Shown piece by piece: positions 33,704-36,771 of a stretch of 36,771 bases of DNA (position 1 is its first letter; each line of letters begins with the position of its first letter). The stretch covers positions 1-36,771 of the forward strand of contig JAZQYE010000259.1 of assembly GCA_045633385.1 (NCBI GenBank). Direction: 5' to 3'. The notes beneath the pieces were generated by a model that was not told where the DNA came from, ran no database searches, and saw nothing but the letters and a program-made list of their open reading frames with translations. Made by a program: the position numbers and the translations under genes. The stretch comes from Eubacteriales bacterium. Its GTDB lineage: Bacteria; Bacillota; Clostridia; Oscillospirales; CAG-272.

Positions 33704-34681
33704 ATGACGAAAGACGTAAAAGTGAATGCATCGGCAGCTAACGCTGCACCGAAGCGCAGAAGAAAGATTGTCTCCCTCGACCGTCGTAAGGCGCGTGCAG
33801 GTTGGTTCTTCGTGCTCCCGTTTTTGATCGGTTTTGTTCTGATCTATCTTCCTATGATTTGGCAATCGCTCGAAATCAGCTTCAGTACGATTGTAATTGG
33901 TGGCGCAAGCGGTTCATACGATTTGGTATGGACCGGTTGGGCAAACTACAGCAAGGCACTGTTTGAGGATACCGAGTATGCACAAATTCTGGTTTCCGGT
34001 CTTGGTACCTTGGCAATCGATATTCCCGCAATTTTGATCTTCTCGCTCTTTATGGCAGTTATGCTGAACACCAAAATGGTGGGTAGAGCAGTGTTCCGTT
34101 CCATCTTCTTCATTCCCGTTATTTTGTCCACCGGTATTATGGAGAGCATCGCCGCTATGGACGTGTTGCTTGACCAAGCTGAGTCTGACATTGATATGGG
34201 TGAGGGTGGATCCTCTGCCGGCGACCTTGTCTCGGCAATGGACCTGCAAATGTTGTTTGCCAACATGAAGGTCGGTTCCGAGCTGGTAACCTACGTTGCC
34301 GCAATGGTTAATAATATCTTTGGTATCGTAAACCGTTCCGGTGTACAAATGCTGATCTTCTTGGCAGCATTGCAGTCTATTTCTCCCGCTATTTACGAGT
34401 CTTGTAAGATCGACGGTGCAACCGCATGGGAGACCTTCTGGAAGATCACCTTCCCGATGATCACCCCCATGATCCTGGTTAACGCCGTATATACGATCAT
34501 CGACTCCTTTACCACCGAGAGCAACCCTGTCATGGTTTACGTTCAAAAGGCGTACACCGACAGCTCTCAGGAGGTTAGTACCGCAATGGCATGGATCTAT
34601 TTTGCAATCGTTATTGCAATCGTTGGCTTGATCTCTGCAATCATGTCCGGATTCGTGTTCTATCAACGTAAGAACGACTAA
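33704..34681 (+). CDS. Carbohydrate ABC transporter permease (MalF/UgpA-like) 2
   Basis: FVLPFLIGF, FRSIFFIPVI, EAA loop AALQSISPAIYESCKIDGAT.WE.FWKITFP. Confidence 0.92.
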   Translation: MTKDVKVNASAANAAPKRRRKIVSLDRRKARAGWFFVLPFLIGFVLIYLPMIWQSLEISFSTIVIGGASGSYDLVWTGWANYSKALFEDTEYAQILVSGLGTLAIDIPAILIFSLFMAVMLNTKMVGRAVFRSIFFIPVILSTGIMESIAAMDVLLDQAESDIDMGEGGSSAGDLVSAMDLQMLFANMKVGSELVTYVAAMVNNIFGIVNRSGVQMLIFLAALQSISPAIYESCKIDGATAWETFWKITFPMITPMILVNAVYTIIDSFTTESNPVMVYVQKAYTDSSQEVSTAMAWIYFAIVIAIVGLISAIMSGFVFYQRKND

Positions 34682-34697
34682 GAAAGGAGGAGAAAAC

Positions 34698-35876
34698 ATG
34701 AACGCACAAAACACCGAAAAGAAGCCTACGGTCACCCGCGAGACCAAAAACAAGATTCGCGTTGAGTTTGATCGTACGCCCTTGAAAGAAAGATTAAAGG
34801 CGAAGTTCCTGTCTGTCTACTTCCTTCAAAAGGTAGCACTTGCCATTTTTCGCTTCGTGCTGATGGTAGGTATTTCCTACATCGTTATCTTCCCGTTTAT
34901 ATCCAAGATCATGGGTTCCTTTATGGCTCCCGAGGATTTCATCGACGTTACCGTTCGCTTGATCCCCAAGCACTTCTCCTTGGATATTTACAGAGGTATC
35001 ATTTTGGAGCTGAACTATTTCAGAGCACTGTTGAATACCTTTGTACTCTCGTTATCTACTGCGGTATTGCAAATGCTGATCTGTAGTATTATCGGTTACG
35101 GATTTGCAAAGTTCAAGTTCCGCGGCAGAAACCTGGTGTTCCTCTTGGTCATGCTTACCATGATTATTCCTCACCAGACCCTGCAACACGCAATGTACCT
35201 GGAGTTCCGTAACTTCGATATTCTCGGTATCGTTCGTTTGCTCAAGGGCGGCGGAATTCAGATCTTTGATTGGAACATTATGAACGTCAGCGAGGGTGCT
35301 GCAGAGTTCTTTGCAAAGCTCAACATCCTGCCCGACGGTATTCCGATCGGAACCGACGAGTACGGTCAACCCATTCTGTTGCAGTTCAAAACTACCGGTA
35401 TGAATATTGCAAGCTCTTACCTGCCTTTGATCGTTCTTTCGATCACCGGTTTGGCATTTAAGAACGGCTTGTACATCTTCTTGCTCCGTCAGTTCTTCCG
35501 TGGAATTCCCGACGAGCTTGAAGAATCCGCGTACATGGACGGCTGCGGAACCTTCCGTACCTTCATTCAGATCATTCTGCCTCTGTCCATCCCCATGATG
35601 GTCACCGTCTTCCTGTTTGCATTCTGCTGGCAGTGGACTGACGACTTCTACATTTCGTTGATCAACATTGGAACGATGGATACCAACAAGTTGTTGGTTA
35701 ACCTTGTTGGTGAAATTCCGGAATCCCTGAAGCTGGGTTATGCCGGACAGCAGTTGTACGAAACCGCAATTCGTAACACCTGTGGTTTGATGATCATTGC
35801 ACCTCTGGTAATCTTGTATGCCTTCTGTCAGAACTTCCTGGTACAGGGTATCGAGCAATCCGGTCTTGCAAACTAA
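34698..35876 (+). CDS. Carbohydrate ABC transporter permease (MalG/UgpE-like) 2, with an enlarged loop
   Basis: GYGFAKFKFRG, EAA loop RQFFRGIPDELEESAYMDG, F.WQWTD. Confidence 0.92.
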   Translation: MNAQNTEKKPTVTRETKNKIRVEFDRTPLKERLKAKFLSVYFLQKVALAIFRFVLMVGISYIVIFPFISKIMGSFMAPEDFIDVTVRLIPKHFSLDIYRGIILELNYFRALLNTFVLSLSTAVLQMLICSIIGYGFAKFKFRGRNLVFLLVMLTMIIPHQTLQHAMYLEFRNFDILGIVRLLKGGGIQIFDWNIMNVSEGAAEFFAKLNILPDGIPIGTDEYGQPILLQFKTTGMNIASSYLPLIVLSITGLAFKNGLYIFLLRQFFRGIPDELEESAYMDGCGTFRTFIQIILPLSIPMMVTVFLFAFCWQWTDDFYISLINIGTMDTNKLLVNLVGEIPESLKLGYAGQQLYETAIRNTCGLMIIAPLVILYAFCQNFLVQGIEQSGLAN

Positions 35877-35898
35877 TATCATCTGCAATTTCAAATTC

Positions 35899-35936
35899 GA
35901 GTGCCGCAAGCGTAAGCCTGCGGCACTCTTTTTCTC
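35899..35936 (+). terminator. Intrinsic terminator closing the transporter operon
   Basis: GAGTGCCGCA...TGCGGCACTC 10-bp stem followed by TTTTT. Confidence 0.85.
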
Positions 35937-35998
35937 TTTACTTTGTGCATTGTTAAAATAAAAACCAAAAAAAGAGTGAATTTTTTTGTGCATTAGAA

Positions 35999-36027
35999 TT
36001 GACAAATTAGCATTTATGTGGTAAAAT
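35999..36027 (+). promoter_or_regulatory. Sigma-A promoter for the GH31 gene
   Basis: TTGACA-17 nt-TAAAAT with extended -10 TG-n. Confidence 0.75.
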
Positions 36028-36101
36028 GTGGGCAGTAGGCAAAACGCCTATTCGTTATCTCCAAAATGGAGAAATATGTTATTAAAAAGGATGACTTAGC
36101 T

Positions 36102-36771
36102 ATGGAAAAAGCAACCTGCAAAAGAGCTTGCAAATCCACAATTGAGGTTTGCAAATGCGCAGCGGTGAAGGATGTGCTTCAATCCGCAAAGGCGTTGCAG
36201 TTCAGCAATGCAGAAGGTATCAACTTCCGTTTGACCTTTGAAGGTGTAAACGGTTGGAGATTGCAGACAAGCAAAGATGGCAAATTTGATAATTTGGGTG
36301 CGGCACAAGCACTTGCTCGTTTTATGAACGAGGAGATCAAGGATTGTGCGCAAAAAATCACGATCACCGCTGATAAAAATGCGGTAACCGTAACCGAAAA
36401 GAAGGGAACTTATGCGGTTCTTTCTTTGGGCAAGGAATTCTCCTTGAAGTTCTGCGCAAAGAACGGCAAGGTCATTACCGAGCTGACCTCTGTTGGTTAC
36501 AACGAAAAGGGCAGACTTTTGATGAAGGGTGCACTTGCAGAGACCGAGGCGATCTATGGCGGCGGTGAGCGTTTGGACGTTGCAAACAAGCGCGGCACGG
36601 CATTCGACCTTTACACCTGCGACGGTTGGAACAACTCCGCAACCACCTACGTTGTTCTTCCCGTATTCCTGACCACGCGCGGTGGCGGTATGTATATCAA
36701 CCGCAACGAGTCCGCATTCGTTGATTTTGGTAAGGAGCAGGCAGACACTTGGGTATATACTCTCCGCTACG
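36102..36771 (+). CDS. Glycoside hydrolase family 31 (alpha-glucosidase/xylosidase-like), N-terminal part, truncated by window edge
   Basis: Not in the ORF track; translated by hand from ATG 36102 (RBS AAAGGA), open to the end: EAIYGGGERLDVANKRG..DLY..D...YVVLPVFLTTRGGGMYIN resembles the GH31 N-terminal domain; catalytic domain not visible. Confidence 0.75.
   Translation, partial: MEKATCKRACKSTIEVCKCAAVKDVLQSAKALQFSNAEGINFRLTFEGVNGWRLQTSKDGKFDNLGAAQALARFMNEEIKDCAQKITITADKNAVTVTEKKGTYAVLSLGKEFSLKFCAKNGKVITELTSVGYNEKGRLLMKGALAETEAIYGGGERLDVANKRGTAFDLYTCDGWNNSATTYVVLPVFLTTRGGGMYINRNESAFVDFGKEQADTWVYTLRY

Overview
This is a 36.8-kb chromosomal window from a Clostridia-like Firmicute. The assignment is inferred from sigma-A TTGACA/TATAAT promoters, strong GGAGG ribosome-binding sites (RBS), sporulation-type genes and the gene families present. 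The left ~21 kb holds mixed housekeeping and carbohydrate genes: a comM-MATE-CDF operon, a BspA-like LRR lipoprotein, a SleB-type cell-wall hydrolase, a HAD phosphatase, a GH38 alpha-mannosidase, three small putative sporulation genes, a VanZ-metallophosphoesterase fusion, trxA, an in-frame AraC-NagB fusion facing a NahK-like kinase, an RluA-family synthase, birA, a GH30 and a two-gene sufC/sufBD pair. The right ~15 kb is one tightly packed 7-gene operon: a giant ~1300-aa CBM-like/solute-binding protein, a permease pair, an NHL-TPR-Yip1 membrane protein, a ~1317-aa DUF5696-like protein and a second permease pair, with no ATPase gene. It is preceded by a palindrome-rich control region and a ~200-nt structured leader, and followed by a truncated GH31 gene. 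This operon is the best candidate for an uncharacterised multi-component Gram-positive glycan capture and import machine. I saw no rRNA, tRNA, CRISPR array or mobile element. All family calls come from reading motifs by eye; no database search was run.
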